NCBI GenBank assembly: GCA_903813345.2
Contig: CAIIXF020000001.1
Span: 25,172,001-25,236,000 of the forward strand
Length of the DNA stretch: 64,000 nucleotides
Direction of reading: 5' to 3'
Source of the DNA: Owenia fusiformis
Lineage: Eukaryota
Position numbers and translations under genes: made by a program. Every line of letters begins with the position of its first letter. Position 1 is the stretch's first letter. The notes under the pieces are model-generated. The model had not been told where the DNA came from. It worked only from the letters and a program-made list of their open reading frames with translations, and did not search any database. Shown piece after piece: positions 1-12,700 of this stretch.

Positions 1-1019
1 AAATATAAATCACAATAGTGTAAGCATAAAGAACGGTACTAACTAGGACCGATCTGGCTAGTTTTTTTTATCAGGAAACATTAACCAAGTACCAACTTTT
101 AGTCCTGAAAATCGTTACAAAGTTAAGTTTTTAAGTTGTTGTTTAAATCTAGCACTTTGCAAATCTTTCACAGACAGGTTTTCTCTGACCACTTTTCTTA
201 TGATGTTGAATCAGTTTTTCTGTATCCCAATTACTTATTTGTCTAGTATTCTACTTTCGTCTGATAATATTTTTCAATTATTCTGAGCAACCTGCCATGT
301 TTGTATGTATATCACTGGCAAAATGTTTGAGATGTCAAACGGATTATGTATTTGAGGCATGACTAATAACAGCGTAAATCAAAACTTTCTTCAAATATTA
401 TTTTGTAACTGTTGTTAAAGTACTGAGAAATATGAAACTCATCTTCGATTAGGATTCATATTCAATTTTGATTTCTTGAACTGTTGGTGAAAATATTTTA
501 TTTTGTAAACAAACCACTAATTATTGTTGATCTTTGTAAACATTTCAATCAGAATTAAACCATGTGACTGGAGATATCCAATCACAGCGCCGTTCCAGAA
601 ATCGTCCAATTCTCGATATTCTGGGATTATGGCGCATAATATTATACGCGCATTTCCGGAAGTGAATTGGATTTTATCAGCTATGGATGAATCCGGAAGT
701 AGACGCATCCAAAATTCATTGAATATAATTAAATGACAGCATGTTTGAGAGCGTTGTCATTCGACTTGGAATGGAGCTATCTTTGGTTTGGAAACAAGTT
801 ATTGGATCTCAAACGGTATTTAAGGTAGAACAAAGTCGTTGAATAGAGGCATTTTTGCCGACAAAGAAATTGCTAATTTCCAAGTCTATTGACTTGTTAA
901 TGAATCTTCTTGGTTCCATAGATCGCAAGAGCGTCTAAAACTCCGTGTGGTGTGTTAATTTTATGTCAATTAGTGATGAAAATATAGTAAAATACACACT
1001 TAGTTCTTTGAAGCTATCG

Positions 1020-1135
1020 GCTACCGGATTAACCTCCTATTTTATGGGCAACTCATTTTAATATGAATGGAATAGTGGCAGGTACTATTTATATATACAT
1101 GAGTTGGTCATAGAATAGTAAGTTAATCCGGTAGC
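1020..1135. repeat. Small imperfect hairpin (~116 bp), possible MITE relic
   Basis: gctaccggattaac (1020-1033) pairs with gttaatccggtagc (1122-1135); the inner ctattttatgggcaactcat pairs imperfectly with atgagttggtcatagaatag. Confidence 0.5.
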
Positions 1136-1393
1136 TGCTTGCCGTTAGTTGCATTCGCGAATACAAGCTAACTCATGTAATTTGGTCAAAAAGTGTTTTT
1201 CTGTACAAAGTTCCTTTCCAAATATAATGTGCGGTGGTTACAATTCACTGTGTTAGCACTTGGTTGGTTGTTAGTCCTTTTATTTGATATCATAATGCTA
1301 ATATTCGGTTTATTTCATTATTTATTTATTAAAATATTTTATTTTAGTGTCACTAGTGTTAAAAGTATACATAAAATGTCAAATACAAACTTA

Positions 1394-2183
1394 ACCCTAC
1401 TATCACACCAAACTAGTTCTCACTACGTTCTCGAAAACGGGCTTCAACTGTGTACGAACGGACTGGACCTACTAAGAACCGTTTGGGATCTATTTACAAA
1501 CTTCATCGAACGTACTCGAACGGGTAGGTCCTCTAGAACTTAGACAATGCTCAAAATGTTCTCGTGGTCGTCACGTTCTACAATAAGAACGAGTGACAAC
1601 GTACTAACGACGTGCTGGACGTACTACGAACGGAACCGTCGTACTTCAATCCTACTAGGGACGTTTTAACAACGAGTTGAACTGTCTGAGGACGTGTTGA
1701 GAACGATGTAGAACTAATTGCAAACGGGTTTAAACTGATTAAGAACGTATTTAACACTGCTTATTAACGAGTTAGCAAAAATATAGCTATCACACCAAAC
1801 AAGTTGCCACTGCGTTCTTCAAAACTGGTTTTAAACTGTGTGCGAACGGAATGAACGTAGCTGCAACTTTCTAAGGTCTATTTACGAACTTTATGAACGT
1901 TCTCAGACGGGAATGTGATTTTAGAATTTTGAATCGAAATTCGTTCTGTAATCAGGTCATGTTGACCTTCTAGACTAAGGGACGCGTTCTACGACGTTGC
2001 ACACCGACGTGGTGCGACCTGAACGAACTGAGAACGAGATGGACGTATTGGAGACTGTTTAAGAACGAAGAAGCTAATTATTTCAGACATATTTCCCGAC
2101 CACAGCCAGATTGAGCCCGTTTTACGACGTTTTCGTAGGACTGGCAAGAACGGGTAAGAACTAGTTTGGTGTGATAGGGGGGT
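1394..2183 (+). mobile_element. Non-autonomous TIR DNA transposon, family A, copy 1 (790 bp)
   Basis: ~27-bp TIRs ACCCTACTATCACACCAAACTAGTTCT / AGAACTAGTTTGGTGTGATAGGGGGGT, with TA on both flanks (1392-1393, 2184-2185); related copies at 24727, 33941, 34617, 63001. Confidence 0.85.
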
Positions 2184-2529
2184 TAGTAAACTAAAACACT
2201 ACCAGCCGGTGTCGGCTTAGGTCATTCTACATTCACAATGTTTGTGAAATAAATAAACTGATGTATCATTATTGCACTGTTCAATATATTATTTCAAAAT
2301 AACAAAAATGTAAGTTAAGCATTTTAGACTGACTAGAGTATTATTATTTTGGTTTTTAGCACCTATCAATATTAAATTTCCTTTTATGCCACATTTTAGA
2401 TAAAGTTGAAGCCAATAAGTTTTGGATGTTTTAAGCACGAATAAGGCTGATCAGTGTACCCAGATCATCGGAATTGAGTTGAAATCAATATGGGGAGGGG
2501 GGGGGGGGGCTGTCATTCAGGGCAAATGT

Positions 2530-2621
2530 TATATATGATAACCTACCATCTCAAAGCCCAATTTTCTTTCAAGTATGAATTATCTGTTCAAAATTGTATT
2601 TTGATATCATAATGACCCTTA
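2530..2621 (+). repeat. Left part of a 76-bp tandem satellite, split by the 2622-7927 insertion
   Basis: Same unit (ccatctcaaa...ttcaagtatgaat.atctgttcaaaat.gtattttgatatcataatgacc) as the 7928-8350 array. Confidence 0.8.
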
Positions 2622-3672
2622 TAGTCTAGTAGGAAGGTATGGTTCCCATGCACCCGAAAGATGTATTTTTTAATGTACATTTTTGTAATCCTAAAGGTCC
2701 TTACTAAAGATTTTTGCATGTTCCCAGAATGAAATATTGTCCCATGGTACTCATTGGCGGCCATCTTGTCGGCCATCTTGAATTTTTGAAAGAGTTGATG
2801 TTAATCATCTCAAAGTATAATAACTTCCACAGTTTTGAGAATTGAAAGCTGTAAGTGGTACCAAAATGAAGCTATTATAGTATCCTATATTATCAGATGC
2901 AATAATTATGCAAATTGTCTGATTTGCATAAAATGTGACATCATCAATCATAATTCTTGCCTCTTTACAACGCTATCGCATTATACCTTTCTGCCTGAGT
3001 GATCAGTCTTAGTCATTCATGAACATTAATGAGTTTAAATATATAGGTACATTAATTTTGAACATATTTGCAATCGAAAGTTTTGGAAAAACATTGTCAG
3101 ACACATGATTATGTTACTGAAAAGGGGCGTGGCACTTCTTGTGAAAGAATTGATGTTAATCATTTCAAAGTACAATAACTTCCATAGTTTTGAGAGTTGA
3201 AAGCTGCAAGTGGTACCAAACTGAAGGTATCACAATGTCTAACATTATAAGATACAAAAATTATGTAAATCACCGTATTTGCATGAAATATGACATTATC
3301 AATCATTATTTTTGCCCCTTTTCAACGGTAATACATATTGCATTTTCCTCTGAGTGACCAGTCTTGGTCTCTCATGAATATAAAAGATATTAAATGTATA
3401 CATTCATTTTGAACATATTTGCAATTGAAAGCTTGAATATATTTGCATTGAAAGTTGTCAGAAATCAAGGTATGACCTTTCAAATGATTATTGTTCTGAA
3501 AAGGGGCGTGAAAATCCGTAATGTTATTATATAGTTGATGTATCATCTGTAAAATACCCAGGGGTTCACTGAATACACAATTCTGTAGTTGTCCTAGGCT
3601 GAGCCCTAAGATATCATTATGTTCCCATAATCATTATGTTCCCATACCAATCTGTCAAATTTCAATGTGTTC

Positions 3673-3810
3673 ACATACCAACCAAAATATCGCCCAAAAG
3701 CCATACCAAATATCCAAATATAAGACCAATGCTATACCAAATGTCCAAATATAGGACTAATGCCATACCAAATATCCCCAAAATATAAGACCATTGGAAT
3801 GCAAAATGTC
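3673..3810 (+). repeat. Degenerate ~33-bp minisatellite
   Basis: About 4 units like gccataccaaatatccaaatataagaccaat; a 17-bp duplication atcattatgttcccata lies at 3613-3646. Confidence 0.6.
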
Positions 3811-4419
3811 TAAAGCCCCTGGAAGAAGCAGAACTTGAAAATGAAAACAACCTCAAATTAAGGACATTTGTAAAAACTAGACCAATCCCATACCACAAGT
3901 GAGAGGTAACATATTCTCCATGACCATTCTTGTACCACAAAGTAGAAAAATCCGACCATTGTCATACCTCAAAAGTCATAATTAAATGGGGGCATTCTCA
4001 TTCCAGATCCTAAAATTTGGATCCATTGCCATACCAAATGTTAAAAGAGGAACCCCCTGTCAATGTTTATATAGAGTGAATCCCTCGGGTGTAAAATATA
4101 GCTTTTGACTTTTAGAAAGTAGCCCAGTGATGTTCCTTATTCCTAGCTTGTTCAGAAATTCTTGTTGGTCTGTTTGGCAGACATTTAAATTTCAGCCAAA
4201 GATATATAATCTGTATCGCTTTTGGACTAAGTACTATACAGATACGAATGACCACATATCCCCATATCATTTTAGGATAGGCACTTATGGACTGAAATGG
4301 GTACTCACAGTATTTAGTTGTTAAAGCTATATAATTAACTCAATATGTATTAAGCCTCTACCTCAGTTCAATGTTTTATCCAAGACATCCGACTCAGCTG
4401 ACTTCTTACAGAAACTCAG

Positions 4420-6327
4420 TGCTGGTGTCAAAACACAGAGGTCCAACATCTTCAATGAGCTCATGGTACCTTCAGAAGAGTTGACCGATTAAAATATCTG
4501 ATCAGCTTAAAAATCCAAGACCTATTTCACGAGGCTAAGACAAGAGGGTGGTATGCAGTTATGCACCCAATAGAAGTGGGATGCAGAGCCCAGCCTCTTC
4601 ACTATGCTACCTCTTGTCCAAGTTAGAACGATTTCCATCCCAGATGCGAGGACAGTGAGTGGAGGAAACATCTGTGAAACACCATTGTGTTGGGCCAAGT
4701 AGAAGACAAAAGCTTCTCTTGGGAAGGAGAGATGAAGCCCACAGTGTTCGTGGATGGCTTCAACACTGGCAAGTGAAAAAGATCAGAGAGCTCCAACAGA
4801 TGCTTCTTAAGAGATTACTTCATCTTAGAGAAAATCTAAAGAGAAGCGTAGGAAGACATTCTTTGAAAATCTCTATAGGCTCACATCAAACTTGTTAGGG
4901 AACCAAAGAGTGCCCGTATGGCATATACACAGGATCAAGCAGAAGCAAATACTTTGGCAGCACACAGTGACCCAGATCGAAATATGCCATCGAGTAATTT
5001 CCCAATTGACATCTCACCAGATTTATCATCAAAACCGTTTGACCAGTCAGATTTCAAGCTTGATGAGGTAAGAACAATCATCAGGAAGTCATACATGGTG
5101 TACAAGAACAGCCATAAGCTGTTAATACACCTATGGTGATTGCTAACAAGCATCCAGAAGAAGAAAAATCTAGCAAGGACTTGGGCTTTGGCGGAAAGGT
5201 GCTTCATTCCAAAGGAGCTAAAATTTGAGGGACTGAACCAGTTCAAGTAGACACCATTATCGGATGCTGAGGGAAAGATCTTCTGGGCCATTGTGGTCAA
5301 GTCTCACAGTTATTTCCTACTGGCCTGCCAAGCATTCAGAAAAGTGGTACCCCAAGACATCAAGGGTGCATATAGCAGCAATAAGCCAACTTGTGAAGGA
5401 AGCCAAGGAAGAGAATAAGTAGTTTGGCTGGACCTAAGGTCTACCTAGTGTCCCTCACCAACTGATACTAGAGGTACAAGTTAACTTTCACGTACCAAAA
5501 CCAACAGATGTAGTCAATCTGACAATGGGACACACAAACTCCTTGAAGTTGCACAATTCATTTGGCAATAATACCACTAATTAGCAGAGAAAGGCATAGT
5601 GGCAGACTGCACTGTATCAGTAGTTCTCTTCGTAACATCAATGAACGTTACTGCTCAAGGCAGGGATGATGCAGTGTAAGGTTTCAAAAGCAAATGAAGG
5701 TGCAAAACACTTACCATACAGAGCTTTCATGGATGATATCACAGTTATGACCAGTTCAGTAGTGGGTACAAGTTGAAAGTGGGTACTTGCATGAAGTTAA
5801 AAACCAACCAGGTCAAGAAGCATGGTTTTGGTTGATGGCAAGCTTTCTCCAATGCAGTTCAAAATAAATGGCAATCAAATACCAACAGGGCAAGATAAAG
5901 AAACAAATGTCTAGAGAAGAACTATGTGTGGTTTGAACAAAACAGCTGAAGTGTCAAGGGACCTGGACAAGTGGCTTAGAGCCATTGACTCAAGTCATAT
6001 ATCGGGGTGTCATGATATTACTCCCCGATTTCAGTGGCCTTTCCAGATTTACATTACCTGGGAATTACCTGACATTACCTGGGAACCCTCACTTCAGCAC
6101 TTCTTGAAATGGAATGACCTTTGGTCCATGAACCAAGGGAGGCTCCATTTCCTATTAAGAGCTTTCCCTGACCTGGTCTCAACTCCATCAAACCTCAGAC
6201 TTTTGGGCAAGGAAGAAACCTCCAACTGCACCAAGTGCATGGCAACTGAATGACACATACATTGAATCATATACTCATTATTTGGGTTACAACTCCCACT
6301 AATGGACAATACAGATGGCGTCATGAT
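4420..6327 (+). pseudogene. Degenerate RLE-type non-LTR retrotransposon (Hero/NeSL/R2-like) ORF relic
   Basis: RT-region motifs YMVYKN, CFIPKE, EGKIF, WLDL, RAFMDDITVMT (5720-5752); CxxC (6227-6238); YRWRHD ending 6327; RLE motifs ELMVPSEE (4457-4480) and RGW...PIEVGCR (to 4590); many stops and frameshifts. Confidence 0.85.
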
Positions 6328-7927
6328 TGAGGCTAAGGATGACCATTCTTTGATCTGGGCCTACCTTCAATATCTATCTCGTGTTAATTTGATCTGGGCA
6401 TTATTAACCACTACCACTTTTAACATGTCTCATCAGATCGACTTTTGCATATGTGACAATAAAATAGCCTGACTTCTATTGTGCTGTCATATTGGAATTA
6501 CACTATCATAATGAACACTTCATGTGCTTGTAAGCAGAGCATACAAGATGCAAAATTTGGCCAAAATTTCACCAATGAGCAACATTTGGGCTCTATCTAC
6601 GTGACTCTGCTAGAGGAGCTTCAGCCCTTGAATTTGATATTAGTGTTTAGAAGTTAACATTTTTAACAAAAGTGCCCCCCCCCCCCTTTTTCAGTTACAT
6701 AATCATGTGAAGTGTCAACACTTAATTTCTTATGAAGTTTTCCCAAAATTTCAATTGCAAATATGTTCAAAATTAATGTACCTATATATTCAAAATCATA
6801 AATGCTCATGAATAACCAAGACTGTTACCTAGAGGGAGAGATATTGGTCGTTACCATTGAAAAATGCCAAAAATAATAGAGGTTGTCACATATTATGCAA
6901 ATGGGAAAATTTGCATAATTATTACATTTTTATAAGTATATTATAATAGCTCCATTTTTGTTCCACTTACAGCTTTCAATTATCAAAACTGTGGAAGTTA
7001 TTGTACTTTGAAATGATTAACATCAACTCTTTCTCAAGAAGTGCCACGCCCCCTTTCAGTAACATAATCATGTGAAGTGTTATAACTTAGTGTCTGACAA
7101 TGTTTTTCCAAACCATTCAATTGCAAATATGTTCAAAATTAATGTACCTATATATTCAAATTCATTTATGTTCATGGATGACTAAGACTGGTCACTCAGG
7201 CAGCAAGGTATTGTGCGATACCGTTGTAAAGAGGCAAAAATTACAATTAATGATGTCACATTTTATGCAAATGAGACTATTTTAATTATTACATCTTATA
7301 ATATGGGATATAGCTTCATTTTGGTACCACTTGCAGCTTTCAACTCTCAAAACTGTGGAAGTTATTATACTTTGAGATAATTAAGATCAATTCTTTCACA
7401 AGAAGTGCCACGCCTCTTTTCAGTAACATTATCGTGTGTCTGACAATGTTTTTCCAAAAGTTTCGAATTTTTTTGTTGCAAATATGTTCAAAATTAATGT
7501 ACCTATATATTTAAATTCATTTATGTGAATGAATGACTAAGACTGATCACTCAGGCAGAAAGGTATAATGTGATACCGTTGTAAAGAGGCAAGAATTATG
7601 ATTGATGATGTCACATTTTATGCAAATGAGACAATTTGCATAATTATTGCATCTGATAATATAGGATACTATAATAGCTTCATTTTGGTACCACTTACAG
7701 CTTTCAAATCTCAAAACTCTGGAAGTTATTATATTTTGAGATAATTAACATCAACTCTTTCAAAAATCCAAGATGGCGGACAAGATGGCCGCCAATGAGT
7801 ACCATGGGACATTATTTCATTCTGGGAACATGCAAAAATCTTAAGTATGGACCTTTAGGATTACAAAAATGTACATTAAAAAATACATCTTTCGGGTGCA
7901 TGGGAACCCCTCCTTCCTACCCGTCTA

Positions 7928-8350
7928 TTACCATCTCAAAATCAACCTTTCCTTCAAGTATGAATAATCTGTTCAAAATGGTATTTTGATATCATAATGA
8001 CCTTTACCATCTCAAAATCAACTTTTCATTCAAGTTGAAATAATCTATTTAAAATTGTGATTTGATATCATAAAAACCTTATCAACCTTTTTTCAAGTAG
8101 GAATAATCTGTTCAAAATGGTGTTTTGATATCATAATGACCTACACCATCTCAAAATCATCCTTTCTTTCAAGTTTGAATAATCTATTTAAAATGATATT
8201 TTGATATCATAATAACCTGTACTATCTCAAAATCAACTTTTCTTTCAAATAGGAATAATCTGTTTAAAATGGTATTTTGATATCATAATAACCTATATCA
8301 TCTCATAAAGTTTGAATAATCTGTTCAAAAATTGTTATATTTTGATATTG
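7928..8350 (+). repeat. 76-bp tandem satellite, about 5-6 units
   Basis: Unit 7931-8006 ccatctcaaaatcaacc...gatatcataatgaccttta, repeated with divergence. Confidence 0.85.
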
Positions 8351-8544
8351 TGATATCATCTTATTTGTCCTCAGTCACAGTGAAGGAAAAAGTGTTATGA
8401 ATGTCAGAATGAAGGATATTATAGTATTTACCTTAAAGGTAGATTTTCCTTTATAAAAAGCAATATGTTTCACAATCTAGCAAAGGTGGGTGCCATCAGC
8501 TTCGTTTTTATTAAATTGAAAGACAGATTTGATAATAATTTATT

Positions 8545-8635
8545 TCAAGCGATTGGAATTCATAACCGACGTTCGATCTCCACCAGGGTGGACTGACTTT
8601 TTCACATCATCCCTTAGCACAGGATTTCATTCTGT
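8545..8635 (+). mobile_element. Possible tRNA-derived SINE fragment
   Basis: B-box-like gttcgatctcc followed by accagggtggactgac, resembling the minus-strand fragment at ~31490-31550. Confidence 0.3.
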
Positions 8636-9338
8636 GTTTTCATTAACCATATGTTTTTGTCTAATAGTTTACTAATAGTGTAGCAAAGTTGAACGAAAAA
8701 AACATTAATTAGCATTAAATGAGTAAATGTCATCGAATTCATCAAAATTTAAATTGAATGTTATCTCATAACTTTTTAAAAAGTGTGCCTAAAGTCGATC
8801 TCGCGACTTTTGTAATTGGTACTCCGTGGATGAATAATTGGTGTATACAACAAATAAGACAACACGTATTGTCTTCAAACTAGTTAAGATTCATGAAACT
8901 TTCCAACTCATTTCTAAAAATGTTGCAATGACTTCATTGTTCACTGATATTTGAAACTCACTATGGTGCTTAACATAAAGTATTTTTTGGCAAAACTGTC
9001 AATGTTGGGAAACAATTTGAAGATGATGCTTTCCCCTCAATTAATGGATAAACGATATATCAGGACGCTTAAAAAAGACAAGTATGTACCTTGTTTATTA
9101 ATAAGGGTGTAAACATGTTGTAGAGTCATCCAGATCCTCTGGGAAGTCTTTTATAATAACATTCGGAATGATGATTGATCGGAGAACAACGCACTAATTG
9201 CAATGTCATTAACATTTAACAAGCGTATATTAGTAGATAGAAAGCTTTTCAGAAGGTGTGGCCTTTCTAATATTATAAAGTGAATCATTGGACGATAAGA
9301 CATAGATGTATGTATTATAACCTGGAGTAAAATCTGAA

Positions 9339-9761
9339 ATGGCTAAAGAATTAAAGAGAGTACTCAGCAAAGAAGACAAACAAGAAATTTCTTCCATCCA
9401 AGTTGCCTTACTACAACAAGATTACAAATTGAATACTTGTGGAAGTATGGAAAACATCAATGATAACATTTCAAAACCTGATTTCAACACTGCTCTCGAT
9501 ACCAGGGAATCAACTGTCGCGTATGGCACCGCACAACATGGTAGACTTAATCCATTTCGTTTGACAAAAAAACACTGGCAGAGGAAGCATAGAGTTGAAG
9601 AGAGAAAACAGCAGATACGAAAGCATGTTCAAGATAATGCGGACAGACATAAAATTAAGATTGCTGAGAAGAGTGAACATATCAAAGAAAAGTTGCGACA
9701 TATCCATGACAGGATTGTTGGTGGACGGACATGGGAGGAAGATAATAAACATTTCTTTCAA
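9339..9761 (+). CDS. TRPA1: TRPA1 exon 1 (N-terminal extension, 141 aa)
   Basis: ATG 9339, open to CAA|gtagga, phase 0; the join gives FFQ-MAANG at the first ankyrin repeat; not supported by homology. Confidence 0.72.
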
Positions 9762-12700
9762 GTAGGAAAAATGTGTTTAAAATTGTATTTTGATAAAAAA
9801 AAGTTGATTATGAGATTGTATGGGTTATTTTGATATCAACATTCTGTAGAATCTCTTATATACTACTAAAAATTCGAACATGACTGTATTCAGACCTTCT
9901 ATAATCTGTATACAAAGTCAACATTTCACCCGGGGTATATTCGCGAACAATGCCAATGGTAATACGAGTAATGTGTAACCTCATAACGACGGGCCGTAGT
10001 AATGGCGGACCATAATGAATATTTGAAACATTTTGGTGATTTTTCATGTTCGAATCGTAATATAGAATACAGAAAATGTTTGTGCCTAGCCCTGCTGGGT
10101 GTATTCGACGACATTTCCCCTGCTCTTCGGTCTATATTTCTTAAATAATAGTGAGGATTACTTGGTGTTTACAACGAAGTAATGAGTGCAAGTGTCATAT
10201 CATTTTTCCATTTTATGTAGTTGAACTGTAGTGAGATGAGACCCATAGGGTAATCCTTAGTTGCCAAGTACAAAAATTAAGATATATAATTATATTAACA
10301 AAACTGGTCTCAATAAAAACCTGTATTGCAAATATTACATTATATCGTGAATAAATGAATGATCTAAACGTGCTAATCTTGATTTAGGTAAAATCTAATG
10401 TAAATATGTGAAGTACTTCACATCTGTTTTGACACTGGATAAATCATATTCATACAACCTTCGAATTTCTCAATCTCACTTGTTTCATTTGATAAATCGA
10501 ACCCTTTGTCCCTCACAATCTGTAATTTTTACTAATTTTTTTTTCCAAGACAGATAGTAAATATAGGTACAAAATGGAAGGATCCAGAGTATCAGGAAAT
10601 TCCGGGAGGAAATTTAGTGATGCAGCTCCAAACTTTTAGGGCTTTTTAGTAATACCTGAAGCGAGCTCCAAAAACTAAACATATTATATAACATGTTGTT
10701 TGATTTCAGATGGCAGCGAATGGAAATATTGGCGAATTTGAGAGAATTTTCTATGCTGATGAAAATCGCCTTCAGATCGTGGACCACAAAATGTGGACAG
10801 CTTTACATCACGCTGCGTCCAAGTCAAGGCTCGAAATAATGGACTTCATCCTGACACATGGCGGTGGTAAGCGAGCATAAAATTACTATGGCTAAAAAGT
10901 ATTCTATTCTTAAAGTTAAGACTCGTTCAGATCTTGGAAAAAGGTATCCCAGATAGCCATTTGAGAGCCATGTAATACATCTGGCTCGTGGCTATCCTTT
11001 TTTAGTTGATGGCTCATTTCAAAGTTTAGAAGGGTTCCAAAATAAACTCCTTTACAATTCCTATTTTCTTTTCCATTTGGACATTTTAGTTCTTTAATTT
11101 ATCTATTTATATATCTCAAAATATCTCATTTTATATGAACTAGGAGTGTATTGAAATATTCTTATGATTATCCGATATGATGATACCAATTTACTAGTGA
11201 GCTAGCTCATAATCAAAATGCATAATTTATAATGCAATGCTTTAATGAACTGTCGTGATTTGATTTACACTTCTTCTAATAGATATCAATGCAGCAGATA
11301 AATCAGGCATGACACCTTTACACATAGCCGTCGAAAAAGAACAGATAGATGCAATACAATTTTTGCTGTTACGTAAAGCTGACTGGAGACATTTTAACAA
11401 AGATAAATTGACCCCATTACATATCGCGGTCGATTTGGATAAACCTGACTGCGTGACGGTGAGTAGCTGCTTTCTAACTGTTCTATACTATAGATTTTGT
11501 CATCATATTGATTTCGTATTATTTACATTTCTCGATAACTAAATGATACCATGAAATGTTGACACTAATTTGAGCATAACAATTTAGGCTATTCTGAAGG
11601 ACGACATTGTTGACGTAAACGTTGGGGGAGAGCATGGTCAAACTCCACTTCATTTGGCAGCATACAAGGATTTGTCAGATTGTGCTAAAATTCTGGTAAG
11701 TTATTATTGATATTTGAACTTTAAAAAGTTCAAGGTTCAAGCGCCAACGGGAATGTACCAAAAATCGTTACAAAACACAGCAGAAAAAAGAAAACATATA
11801 AGAGTACACCAAACCCCAACTATCCTAAATTATAATCCAACGTGTAAAAACAGTGTCTAATACCCCAACCTCCACCATTTTAGGACCAGCATCACAATCT
11901 TAGACTAAAACCAATTTCATTCATACACAAGCCATACTACAATGCATGTTGAATGAATGTAAAATTGATAGCCAAAACAGAAATAGTTGTAGATACTACT
12001 ATTCATACAAGATAGAGCATTTAGTCTCAAATGATGTGGGACGGACAAAATTCAAGAGGTCTAGAAGCTCGTATATCAGTTCATTATATATATATATTAT
12101 ATATATCTTGTTCATGATTTACGTCATGATTGTAATAATCATATTTTTAAACTATTATAGTTGGACCATGGAGCACTGATGTGTAAGCCATGTGACATCG
12201 GATTCTATCCGTTTCATATAGCATGTATGAATAAAGCACACAAAACCATTGAACTTATGATAGAAGCGGGTAAGTAATTTTCTTTCTCTGTAATGATGTT
12301 ACGATACCTCAGATCCCCTAGTAATTTAATTTACTACTATTTCAGTTACTTTTACAGTCTTCTTTTGTCTGATATAACAACTTTTTTTTTAGAATTTATT
12401 GTATGAATGTTTGTTTAGGTGAGAAACTTGGATATAGGAGAAATGAAATGATGTCATTTATGGACAAATCGAGGAATAGACCATTGCATTCTGCGGTGAA
12501 TGGAGGAGATATCGAAGTAAATATGAACGTTACTTTGAAATGTACTTTGAATACATTGTAAAATCGCAGAATTCATGTATTGTATTGAAAATATACAAAT
12601 CTTGACATTATGCAGTGTGTAATTAAAATTATTCACCTTTTTGTACCAGGCTTCTGTGTCTTGACCGTGTAAATTATCGTTATTTCAGGCGGTAAAGATT

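Larger units (their letters stand above)
2622..7927. mobile_element. 5.3-kb Academ-like foldback DNA transposon (non-autonomous)
   Basis: TAG...CTA termini; 3-bp TSD TTA (2619-2621, 7928-7930); long inverted arms (2622-~3510 vs ~6685-7927) made of ~355-bp tandem units; removing it restores an intact satellite unit. Academ assignment inferred from termini and TSD only. Confidence 0.75.

Noticed and set aside
7928..8350. 76-bp periodic array as CRISPR or tRNA cluster
   Set aside because: Whole units repeat with no spacers; no A/B boxes or cloverleaf
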